Of a stretch of DNA of 64,000 bases, positions 1-8,601 are shown one piece after another. A program made the translations under genes and the position numbers. This stretch comes from Candidatus Melainabacteria bacterium SSGW_16. Lineage in GTDB: Bacteria > Cyanobacteriota > Vampirovibrionia > 2-02-FULL-35-15. The notes below the pieces were generated by a model. That model had not been told where the DNA came from. It ran no database searches and was given only the letters and a program-made list of their open reading frames with translations. Each line of letters begins with the position of its first letter. Position 1 is the first letter of the stretch. The stretch lies in assembly GCA_004769085.1 (NCBI GenBank), contig DUDS01000015.1, positions 97,975 through 161,974 of the forward strand. The letters are read 5' to 3'.

Positions 1-806
1 AAATAGTTAACCAGAAAATTAATCTAAGGGAAAATGCTGTAAGACAGGGTTCCAGAATAAACCTTACAATATTTAATTATTGTTTTCTTGTTTATTATTA
101 TTTAATAAAAGAAATTAAGAAGAGTGCACATTATGCTTCCGGTGTTTTGCTGGATGTAGGTTGTGGGAATACTCCCTTTCGGGAATATTTTTTAAAATAT
201 ATTAAAAAATATTTAAAGCATGAACATCCTGCAGCTGCTAAAAAAAACATTACCTATGACTATCTATCAGAGCTTCCTACATTAAATGTTCCTGATAGCT
301 CAGTCAATACTATTGTTTCATTTGCAGTACTTGAGCATGTTTCAGAACCATTTGAAACAATTAAAGAATTTTACAGAATATTAAAAACCAATGGTATCTT
401 CATGATTTATGTTCCCCAGTACTGGCATCTTCATGAAGAACCCCATGATTATTTAAGGTTCACCAGATATATTCTTCAGGAAAAAATCAGACAAAACAGT
501 TTTGAAATACTCTACATAAAAGGTATTGGAAAATCTTTTGCAATTGCAGGTCAGGCCTTCTGCAACGCACTTGTACTGATGTTTGATTTAAAGCATGTTA
601 AAAATATCTTTGCTCTATTAAAAGGTGAGAAAACGTCTGGTGTATTAAACAGCTTAATTTACACTATCTGTAAATCACCTTTAATCTTATTATCAGTTCT
701 CCTAATTCCAGTTATCAACTTAACTTTTCTTGCACTTGATTTACTCCTGGGAAGTGAAAAAGATACTATTGGATATTTTGTAATTGCCAAGAAAACCAGC
801 GGTTAA
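1..806 (+). CDS. Class I SAM-dependent methyltransferase, 5'-truncated by the window edge
   Basis: LDVGCG motif I, VLEHV and LKTNG motifs. The frame is open from position 3, so the real start is probably upstream of the window rather than at 147. Confidence 0.85.
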   Translation, partial: IVNQKINLRENAVRQGSRINLTIFNYCFLVYYYLIKEIKKSAHYASGVLLDVGCGNTPFREYFLKYIKKYLKHEHPAAAKKNITYDYLSELPTLNVPDSSVNTIVSFAVLEHVSEPFETIKEFYRILKTNGIFMIYVPQYWHLHEEPHDYLRFTRYILQEKIRQNSFEILYIKGIGKSFAIAGQAFCNALVLMFDLKHVKNIFALLKGEKTSGVLNSLIYTICKSPLILLSVLLIPVINLTFLALDLLLGSEKDTIGYFVIAKKTSG

Positions 807-849
807 AATAGCAGAATTTGTTGTTAAAATGTCTTTCGTTGTATATTAG

Positions 850-1950
850 ATGACTATGAAAGCAGTAATACTAAGCGGTGGATCTGGTGCAAGATTAGCT
901 CCGCTTACAAACACAATAACCAAACAGCTTCTACCAGTAGCAAATAAGCCTACTTTGTTTCACATCCTGGAACTAATTAAAGAAGAAACACCTGTTACTT
1001 CTATATCAATAGTTGTTAGCGAAGACTATGGTCATCAGGTAAAAGAAAGGATTTTAAATTCTGAATATAAAAAGCATTTTGAGTTTGATTTTGTATTTCA
1101 GGACAAACCGCTGGGACTTGCACATGCAGTACAACTAACAAGCATGCACATGCAGAATGAATCTTTTTTAATGTTTCTCGGAGACATATTAATAAACAAA
1201 GGCGAAATTAAAAAAGCTTATGAACAATTTACAAAAAACAAACCAGAGACACTTGTCATTTTAAAAGAAGTAGAAGATCCAAGACCATATGGACTTGCAG
1301 AAGTTGAAAACGGACGGGTTACAAAGCTTGTTGAAAAACCACAGGATCCAAAATCAAATCTTTGTCTTGCTGGAATTTATATGTTTAACCCTTCAATATT
1401 CTATGCCATAGCAAACATAAAACCCAGTTACAGAAATGAGCTTGAAATAACAGATGCAGTGGATTTTCAAATTAGTCAGGGGAAAAAGGTCGAATATTAT
1501 GTCATAAAAAGCTGGTGGTTTGACATCGGCACTCCTGAAAATATGATTAAAGCTAATGAAGTAGCACTTGAAATTAAAAAACCTGATTTACAATCTGAAA
1601 TCAAACCCACAGTAAAAATTAAAGGAACAGTAACAGTTGAAAAAAATGTTTTAATTGAAAATTCAGAAATTACAGGTCCAGTTATTATTGCTAAAAACAG
1701 TGTAATTAAGGGGTGTAAAATCGGACCAAATGTAAGTATTGGTGAAAGTGTAACTCTTGAAAACATTAAAATTGAAAACTCAATAATAAGAGAAAACACA
1801 AGAATACATCATTTCCCGGAAACCATCTCAAACAGCATTTTTGGGAGAAACATAGAGCTTAATTTCTCAGGCAACCACAGCGTTAACTACAATGGAAATA
1901 AAAAAGTAAGATATATCTTGGGAGATGATACAAAATGCTCATTGCTGTAA
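850..1950 (+). CDS. rfbA: Glucose-1-phosphate thymidylyltransferase, long form with C-terminal hexapeptide-like region
   Basis: AVILSGGSGARLAPLT, KQLLPVANKP, QDKPLGLAHAV, LVEKP, RNELEITDA, WFDIGTP motifs; adjacent to rfbB. Confidence 0.9.
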   Translation: MTMKAVILSGGSGARLAPLTNTITKQLLPVANKPTLFHILELIKEETPVTSISIVVSEDYGHQVKERILNSEYKKHFEFDFVFQDKPLGLAHAVQLTSMHMQNESFLMFLGDILINKGEIKKAYEQFTKNKPETLVILKEVEDPRPYGLAEVENGRVTKLVEKPQDPKSNLCLAGIYMFNPSIFYAIANIKPSYRNELEITDAVDFQISQGKKVEYYVIKSWWFDIGTPENMIKANEVALEIKKPDLQSEIKPTVKIKGTVTVEKNVLIENSEITGPVIIAKNSVIKGCKIGPNVSIGESVTLENIKIENSIIRENTRIHHFPETISNSIFGRNIELNFSGNHSVNYNGNKKVRYILGDDTKCSLL

Positions 1951-2915
1951 CAGGTGGACTAGGTTTTATTGGTTCAAACTTCATAAGATATATTCTTTCT
2001 GAAGAACCATCCATATCACTTATTAACATTGATGCACAGACCTATGCAGGCAATCCTGACAATTTAGCTGACATACAGTCAAAGAAAAATTACACCTATT
2101 TTAAAGGATTAATTCAGGACTATCATTTTATTGAAGATATTTTTAGAAATCATAAAATAGATGCTGTTATTAATTTTGCTGCAGAAACACATGTTGACAG
2201 AAGTATTGCATCAGCACAGCCTTTTATTGAAACAAATATAGTTGGAACACATGTCTTACTTGAGCTTGCACTTAAACACAAAATTAAAAAATACATTCAG
2301 ATTAGTACCGATGAGGTTTATGGCTCAATTGAACCACCACAGAAATTTAACGAAAACAGTCCTATTAAGCCAAACAGCCCTTATTCAGCAAGCAAAGCCT
2401 CTGCAGATCACCTGGTTAGAGCATACTATAAAACATATGGACTGGATACAGTAACCATAAGGTGTTCAAATAATTTTGGACCATATCAGTATCCTGAAAA
2501 AATCATACCGTATTTTATTTCACTTGCACTTGAAAACAAAAAAGTACCTGTTTATGGTGATGGCATGAATATTCGTGACTGGGTTTATGTACTTGATTTT
2601 TGTTCAGCAATAAAACTAATCCTTGAAAAAGGAAAAACAAGTGAAGTCTATAATGTTGGCGGTGATTATGAAATAACAAACATTGATTTAACCAAAAAAC
2701 TATTAAAATTGCTTGGAAAACCTGAAAGTTTAATGGATTTTGTAAAAGACAGACCGGGACATGACAGAAGATATGCAATGGATTCTACAAAAATAAAAAC
2801 CGAACTTGGCTGGCAAAGAAAATATAATTTTGAACAGGCACTTGAGGAAACAATTGACTGGTACAAATCAAATAAAGCATGGATTGAAAAAAGAACAAAA
2901 GCACTCATCACATAA
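1935..2915 (+). CDS. rfbB: dTDP-glucose 4,6-dehydratase
   Basis: VTGGLGFIGSNF, FAAETHVDRSI, STDEVYG, YSASKA, DRPGHDRRYA motifs. Confidence 0.96.
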   Translation: MLIAVTGGLGFIGSNFIRYILSEEPSISLINIDAQTYAGNPDNLADIQSKKNYTYFKGLIQDYHFIEDIFRNHKIDAVINFAAETHVDRSIASAQPFIETNIVGTHVLLELALKHKIKKYIQISTDEVYGSIEPPQKFNENSPIKPNSPYSASKASADHLVRAYYKTYGLDTVTIRCSNNFGPYQYPEKIIPYFISLALENKKVPVYGDGMNIRDWVYVLDFCSAIKLILEKGKTSEVYNVGGDYEITNIDLTKKLLKLLGKPESLMDFVKDRPGHDRRYAMDSTKIKTELGWQRKYNFEQALEETIDWYKSNKAWIEKRTKALIT

Positions 2916-2920
2916 CTTCT

Positions 2921-5776
2921 TCAGGCAGTAACTTTTTCTTTAGATCTTACACTAGATATTTTTTTATTATGTGGCATTTTCCTTACTATTAGTACCCAGA
3001 ATGTAATTAAAAGTAAAATGATTAAAGAAGCTAAAGTTAAAGAAAGTCCAATAAAAAACAGTTTTGGATAATAATAAAATTCAATCGTGTAATCTCCCTC
3101 TTTAGGCAAATAAACTGCTCTTTGCACAAGATTTGCCTGATAATGATTTGACTCATTGTTGTTAATTGTTACTTTCCAGTTTTCATTTAAATTATGCCCA
3201 AGGATTAAATATCCCTTTTGATTTGTTTTAACATTTAATTTTATATTTTCAGCTTCATAGTTTAAAAATTTAATTTCGTATGCAGGCTTTACTTTATTCT
3301 CGGTCTTGCTATTTAACAAAGCGTCAGGCTCTTTAGTAAAAATCACCTCTTTCAAAGGATCAAACTCATTTTTATCAAGCTCAACAATTACATCTTTTGG
3401 TGAGATTATAACCCTGTAATCAGTTACAAAAAATGCTCTGGGAAGATATCGTTTGTTTTCATAGACTACTGCATCGCCAGAAAAAATTTTATTCACCTTT
3501 TCTGACTGTACAGTTAGAAAATTCGGAACTACAAAGTATTTAACATTTAATAAATCAAGTATTCTGCTGTGAAAATTTGAGATTGGGTAAGGAGTATTAA
3601 TATTTGAAAACAAATCAAAGATTTTTCCTGAGTAAAGTTTGTTATAGTCCTTCGTCTGTATATAAACAAACATATAATAAATATCTTTTGGAATAAAAGA
3701 ACTATAACCAGATGCATCTTCTATACCATAAGGCAAAAGGGTATTTGGTTCAGCAATATCAGGTTTTAAAAGAGCCCCTTCAACCTTATGACTACTGAAA
3801 GGTAAAATCCTAAAAGGTTCTTTTGATTTTTTTTGTTCATTTAATATAAACTGAAGCACTCCTTCTTCTGGTATAGGTTTGTAATCTTTCCTGTCAGACC
3901 AGGTAACAAAAAACGAAGAAAAGTACATTAAATCAATTGCTGAAATAATAATAATCAGATTAACTAAAGTCTTATACATATTCTGTAAATAAGGTTTAAC
4001 AAGATCCTGAAATACCTGAAAACCCATACCAGCTAAAAATGGGACTGAGTAACTAAATATCTGAAGAAATCTATAATGCTGCATTTCCTTAAATCCGGGC
4101 ATAAAAGATCTAAGCATGAAAAAAAGCGGTGTCCCTGTGCACATAAGTAAAGAAAATAAAATACACATAAAAAAGAAAATTGAGATTTTTTGTTTTCTAA
4201 ACAGAGAAACAAAACTAAAAAGAGAAATTATAAAAGGTAAAAAACCAAAATAAACATAATTTCTCATAAAACCAAGCTTATAATCTTCAAATTCTTTTGT
4301 TCTGTTTATAAGTCCTGCAAGAGGCCAGTCTGGAATACCCAGATAGTAAGGATGAAGCAAGCCAATAAATGCTTTTAAAGGCACAGATGTGGCTTTTACA
4401 AGATCTAAGGGATTTTCAGTCCTGTGTGAAATTTTAAACATATTTAAAAACGGAAGGATTGTAATACTTCCAATAAGCAGTCCAAATACAAATACAAACA
4501 AAAAAGAAAAAACATGCATCATAGCACTTTTTCTGTCACTGAACATACAAACCAGAAAACGAAAGAATGCAAAGAGAAAAAAGAAAATAGCTGAGTAATA
4601 AATATACTGAAAATGTCCTGAAAGAAAAATTAATCCAAGTAATACTGCTGAAGCTATAAGGTTTTTATTTATGAGCCTGTTTTGTTTCAGTGCCTTCTCA
4701 TAAAACAAAATTAAAAACGGCATGGCAGCACTGTTCATAATCATATGTTCATAGCTCATCCATGTAGCATTAAATGGCTGAAACATAAAAACAATGCCCG
4801 TAAGCACTGAAGAAGGATGATTCAAATTCCACTCCCTGCTTAAAAGATAAGCACCAAAGCCAGCGAATAAAATACACAGGAATGTCAGTATCTGATGTGC
4901 AGTAAAATGATCAAATAAAAAATATAAAATAAAATAAAAAGGATGGAAATAACCTACCTGAGGCTCAGCAATAAATTCTGCCCCGGAAAGAATATAGTTA
5001 TTCCAGAAAGGAAGCCTGCCACTCTTTATAGAATTTGAAAAATATTCCCGAAAAGGAGTAAACATCTGAATTAAATCGTTATTAAAGTGATTATGAGCTT
5101 TAGTGATTTTCGAAAAATCCTCACAACCAATTTTTAAGTTTTTAATCTGAATTGATGCAGCGCTTGTTTTACTTTTATTATTTGCACTAATTCTTATGTC
5201 AAACTGATTAATGTTATTAACTGAAGACTGTTTTGAAAGAAAATTATTTAAAGGAAATTGTGCTTTATACCAGTTTGTACTCCCGTCTTCTGAAGATACT
5301 GGTACAACAGCAACACCAGGAGTATACTCTGCGCCTGTAGCTCTGTTTATAAGAGAAGGACCAAAGCTAAAAGCAACACTACTATCATATTCAGGCTTAA
5401 AGTCAAAGCTTATGAAATAGTTTGAGTCTTTAAAATCTGTAAGTTTTTTAAGTGATTCACTGCTAAGATTAATATTTAAATCAATGCTTGTAAAAGTATC
5501 TTTTGATGTTGTCCATTTAAAAATTTCACCATTAATTGACTGAAACTGAGGACTTTTAATTCTGGAGAAATCGCCTTCCCAAAGGGTTAGCATCTTTATC
5601 TTCTTATCAACCATGTAATATCGCCACGGATACATACGCATATCGCGTATATCACATGGAGTATCTACTTTCCCTAAAAAAGAGGGAAATAGATAAATCA
5701 CACTAACTACAAAAAATATCAGTAGTGCATAATAATTTAGATTTTTAAATTTTTTAATCTCGGCAATCTTATTCAT
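2921..5776 (-). CDS. YfhO-like polytopic membrane protein (putative GT-C glycosyltransferase), paralog 1
   Basis: GRLPFWNN..LSG, GHFQY, LPRAFFV, W.VTIN, QAN..QRAVYLP..G.Y.IEFYYYP and a C-terminal TM helix; many hydrophobic segments. Confidence 0.8.
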   Translation of the reverse strand: MNKIAEIKKFKNLNYYALLIFFVVSVIYLFPSFLGKVDTPCDIRDMRMYPWRYYMVDKKIKMLTLWEGDFSRIKSPQFQSINGEIFKWTTSKDTFTSIDLNINLSSESLKKLTDFKDSNYFISFDFKPEYDSSVAFSFGPSLINRATGAEYTPGVAVVPVSSEDGSTNWYKAQFPLNNFLSKQSSVNNINQFDIRISANNKSKTSAASIQIKNLKIGCEDFSKITKAHNHFNNDLIQMFTPFREYFSNSIKSGRLPFWNNYILSGAEFIAEPQVGYFHPFYFILYFLFDHFTAHQILTFLCILFAGFGAYLLSREWNLNHPSSVLTGIVFMFQPFNATWMSYEHMIMNSAAMPFLILFYEKALKQNRLINKNLIASAVLLGLIFLSGHFQYIYYSAIFFFLFAFFRFLVCMFSDRKSAMMHVFSFLFVFVFGLLIGSITILPFLNMFKISHRTENPLDLVKATSVPLKAFIGLLHPYYLGIPDWPLAGLINRTKEFEDYKLGFMRNYVYFGFLPFIISLFSFVSLFRKQKISIFFFMCILFSLLMCTGTPLFFMLRSFMPGFKEMQHYRFLQIFSYSVPFLAGMGFQVFQDLVKPYLQNMYKTLVNLIIIISAIDLMYFSSFFVTWSDRKDYKPIPEEGVLQFILNEQKKSKEPFRILPFSSHKVEGALLKPDIAEPNTLLPYGIEDASGYSSFIPKDIYYMFVYIQTKDYNKLYSGKIFDLFSNINTPYPISNFHSRILDLLNVKYFVVPNFLTVQSEKVNKIFSGDAVVYENKRYLPRAFFVTDYRVIISPKDVIVELDKNEFDPLKEVIFTKEPDALLNSKTENKVKPAYEIKFLNYEAENIKLNVKTNQKGYLILGHNLNENWKVTINNNESNHYQANLVQRAVYLPKEGDYTIEFYYYPKLFFIGLSLTLASLIILLLITFWVLIVRKMPHNKKISSVRSKEKVTA

Positions 5777-8598
5777 ATTTTTGCTATTACCTTTAATTTA
5801 CCATTTTTGGACTCTTCAGAGGCACTCAATGATAATTTATTTTTTGAACTAAGCTTTATATAAAGAGCTAAAAGAAGAATAATTATTATTGCTAAAAGAC
5901 TAAATGAAGAGCCAATTAAAAACAATTTTGGATAATAATAAAATTCAATTTTATAATCTCCGACATCAGGAAGATACACAGTTCTCTGGACAAGATTTGC
6001 TTGATAATGCTTTGCCTCTTTATCATTAATCTTCACTTTCCAGTTAGTGTTTAAATTATTGCCAAGAACCAGAAATCCGGGGGAGAGAACCTTTGCATTT
6101 AAAATTATATTGTTTTGTTCGTATTTGAGAAACTTTATGTCATTCCCACGAAAGCGGGAATCCAGATCAGTATTGTTTGTAGCTTCCTCTGGATTCCCAG
6201 TCAAGCTGGGAATGACAGGAGGTTCCATCATCAAAATAACTTCTTTTCTTAAATTAAAATTATCACTTTCCAAAGCAAGAATTGTTCCTTTTGGAGATTC
6301 GATTACTTTGTATTCTGTGACAAAAAATGCTCTGGGAAAATAATTTTTATTTTCATAAATTGAACAATCACCACTAAAAACCTTTTCAGTGTCAGGCGAG
6401 TCCAATGTAAGAACATTTGGAACAAGAAAATACTTTACATTTAACAAATCAAGTATTTTACTCTTAAAATTAAATATTGGATATGGAATATTCGGATTTT
6501 TAAAAAAGTATGTGAGTTCTTTTGGATATAGTTTTGCCGGATCCAGACTCTGAATATAAACAAATAAATAATAAATATCCTTCGGAACAAAAGAGCTATA
6601 GCCGGAAACTTCTTCTAGTCCATAAGGAAGCAAGGTATTTGGCTGAGCTACATTAACTTTTAATGATGTTTCACCAACTTTATCTATAGCAAAAGGGAGT
6701 ACTCTGAAAAGGTCTTTTGATTTATTTTTCTGGTTAATCAGAAACTCAAGCGATCCTCCCTTAGGAACAGGCTTATAATCCTGTCTATCAGACCAGGTTA
6801 TAAAATAAGATGAGTAATAAATCAAATCTATTAATGAAATAATAAAAACCACAGAGAACAATATTGCCAATGTCTTCTTCTTGAAAAGAGATAACATGTC
6901 AAAAACAGCTTTTAGTCCAAATCCTGCAAGAAAAGGAACTGAATAACTAAAAAGCTGGAGAAATCTGAAATGCTGAAGTTGTTTAAACCCTGGAATAAAT
7001 TCCCTGAGGAAAAGGAAAATTGGTGAGCCTGTACAAATAATTAATGATATTAAAATGGTCAGATAAAAAAATAAAACTATTTTATATGACTTCAAGAATT
7101 TAATACTAAATAAAGAGACTATAAAAGGTAAAAATCCAAAATAAATATAATTATTAAAAAATCCAATCCTGTAATCAGGATTAATGTTTGGATTTCCAGC
7201 CTGAAATGCTTCAGGTAAGCCGCCGTAATATGGGTAAATTAATCCCAATAATCCCCATAGGGGGAATGAGGTTTCTTTTATATAACTCACAGAGTTTGCA
7301 ATTCTGTGAGAGTTCTGAAGAATTGGGAAAAACGGAATAATTACTGCCATCCCAATCATCAATCCAATAGAAGTCACAAAGAATATACCAAATAAATGTT
7401 TAAATATTCCAGCATCTTTTTCAAAGAAGCTAGATACTGCTTTAAAAGAAGCAAATAATAAAAAGAACACTGCACTGTAATAAACATACTGAAGATGCCC
7501 GGATATAAAAATTAATCCTAAAAGTAATGCAGAGAAGAGCAGGTATTTATTAATTAGTTTATTCTCAAGCAGATTTTTTTCATAAAAAAGGATTAAAAAC
7601 GGCAAAGTAGCACTATTCATTATCATGTGTTCATAACTAAACCATGTAACATTAAACGGCTGAAACATATAAACAAGAGCTGTAAGCAGCGAAGGATAAA
7701 ATCCTATATTCCAGAATCTTGCAAGTAAAAATGCTCCTATGCCACTTAGCAAAAAGCTCACAAACACCACAATTGCATGTGCTATAAAATGATCAAAAAC
7801 TAAATAGCTTAAAAAATAAAATGGGTGAAAATAGCCTACCTGTGGCTCTCCCAGGAATTCAGCACCTCCAAGTATGAAATTATTCCAGAAAGGAAGCCTG
7901 CCACTTTTTATAGAATTTGAAAAATATTCCCGAAAAGGAGTAAACATCTGAACAAGATCATTAATAAAAAAATTGTGTACCTTAACAGTGCCAGAATAAT
8001 CATCAAAACCAAAGTTTACATTTTTAAGCACTAATGAAGCTTCTTTTGAACCTTTATTTAAGGCTAATACCTGAATAAAAAATGAATCCAGATCATCTGG
8101 AGATTTAAGAGATTGTATAAAATTACTTAAATTAAAATAAGCCCTATGCCATGAACCATTCGCTGAAGAGAGTGGAGTTACTGCAACTCCAGGAGTAAAA
8201 GTGTAACCTGAAATTTTATTTATAAGTGACAATCCAAAATTAATTTTTTCACCTGAATCAGTTACAGGACTAAAATCAAATGTTATAAAATAATTTTGTT
8301 TCTTCATGACGTTAAAATTCTGAAGATATTTTTTATCAGTATTTAACTCAAGCAGAAGCTTGCTTGTATTATTTGGCTGAATTTTGAGAGTGTAAACACT
8401 GTTACTATCCTCTTTTGAGTGAGCATTCCACAAAATAACTGTCCGGACCTTTTTATCCACAGAATGATATCTCCAGGGATACATCAGGGAATCTCTTATA
8501 TCAATAGGAGTATCAATCTTCCCCAGGAAAAATGGGTGTAGATAAATAACTGCTATAAACAAAATAAAAAGAAACGCAATTTTTTCTAATGTTTTCAT
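5773..8598 (-). CDS. YfhO-like polytopic membrane protein, paralog 2, with an in-frame palindromic element
   Basis: Colinear with paralog 1 (GRLPFWNN, GHLQY, FPRAFFV, IEFYYYP); 4-bp overlap with paralog 1. Confidence 0.8.
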   Translation of the reverse strand: MKTLEKIAFLFILFIAVIYLHPFFLGKIDTPIDIRDSLMYPWRYHSVDKKVRTVILWNAHSKEDSNSVYTLKIQPNNTSKLLLELNTDKKYLQNFNVMKKQNYFITFDFSPVTDSGEKINFGLSLINKISGYTFTPGVAVTPLSSANGSWHRAYFNLSNFIQSLKSPDDLDSFFIQVLALNKGSKEASLVLKNVNFGFDDYSGTVKVHNFFINDLVQMFTPFREYFSNSIKSGRLPFWNNFILGGAEFLGEPQVGYFHPFYFLSYLVFDHFIAHAIVVFVSFLLSGIGAFLLARFWNIGFYPSLLTALVYMFQPFNVTWFSYEHMIMNSATLPFLILFYEKNLLENKLINKYLLFSALLLGLIFISGHLQYVYYSAVFFLLFASFKAVSSFFEKDAGIFKHLFGIFFVTSIGLMIGMAVIIPFFPILQNSHRIANSVSYIKETSFPLWGLLGLIYPYYGGLPEAFQAGNPNINPDYRIGFFNNYIYFGFLPFIVSLFSIKFLKSYKIVLFFYLTILISLIICTGSPIFLFLREFIPGFKQLQHFRFLQLFSYSVPFLAGFGLKAVFDMLSLFKKKTLAILFSVVFIISLIDLIYYSSYFITWSDRQDYKPVPKGGSLEFLINQKNKSKDLFRVLPFAIDKVGETSLKVNVAQPNTLLPYGLEEVSGYSSFVPKDIYYLFVYIQSLDPAKLYPKELTYFFKNPNIPYPIFNFKSKILDLLNVKYFLVPNVLTLDSPDTEKVFSGDCSIYENKNYFPRAFFVTEYKVIESPKGTILALESDNFNLRKEVILMMEPPVIPSLTGNPEEATNNTDLDSRFRGNDIKFLKYEQNNIILNAKVLSPGFLVLGNNLNTNWKVKINDKEAKHYQANLVQRTVYLPDVGDYKIEFYYYPKLFLIGSSFSLLAIIIILLLALYIKLSSKNKLSLSASEESKNGKLKVIAKI
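6138..6217. repeat. Inverted dimer of GTCATTCCC-type palindromic units (dRS3/RPE-like) inside YfhO paralog 2
   Basis: TGTCATTCCC-ACGAAAGC-GGGAATCCAG ... CTGGATTCCC-AGTCAAGCT-GGGAATGACA. 11-bp perfect terminal inverted repeat; the left arm matches ATTCCC-N8-GGGAAT. Confidence 0.9.
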
Positions 8599-8601
8599 TT
8601 G

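Noticed and set aside
6047-6343. 98-aa plus-strand ORF over the first palindromic element, and the similar 100-aa ORF at 8873-9175
   Set aside because: Antisense shadows of the YfhO genes. Their mutual similarity follows from paralogy and the palindromes.
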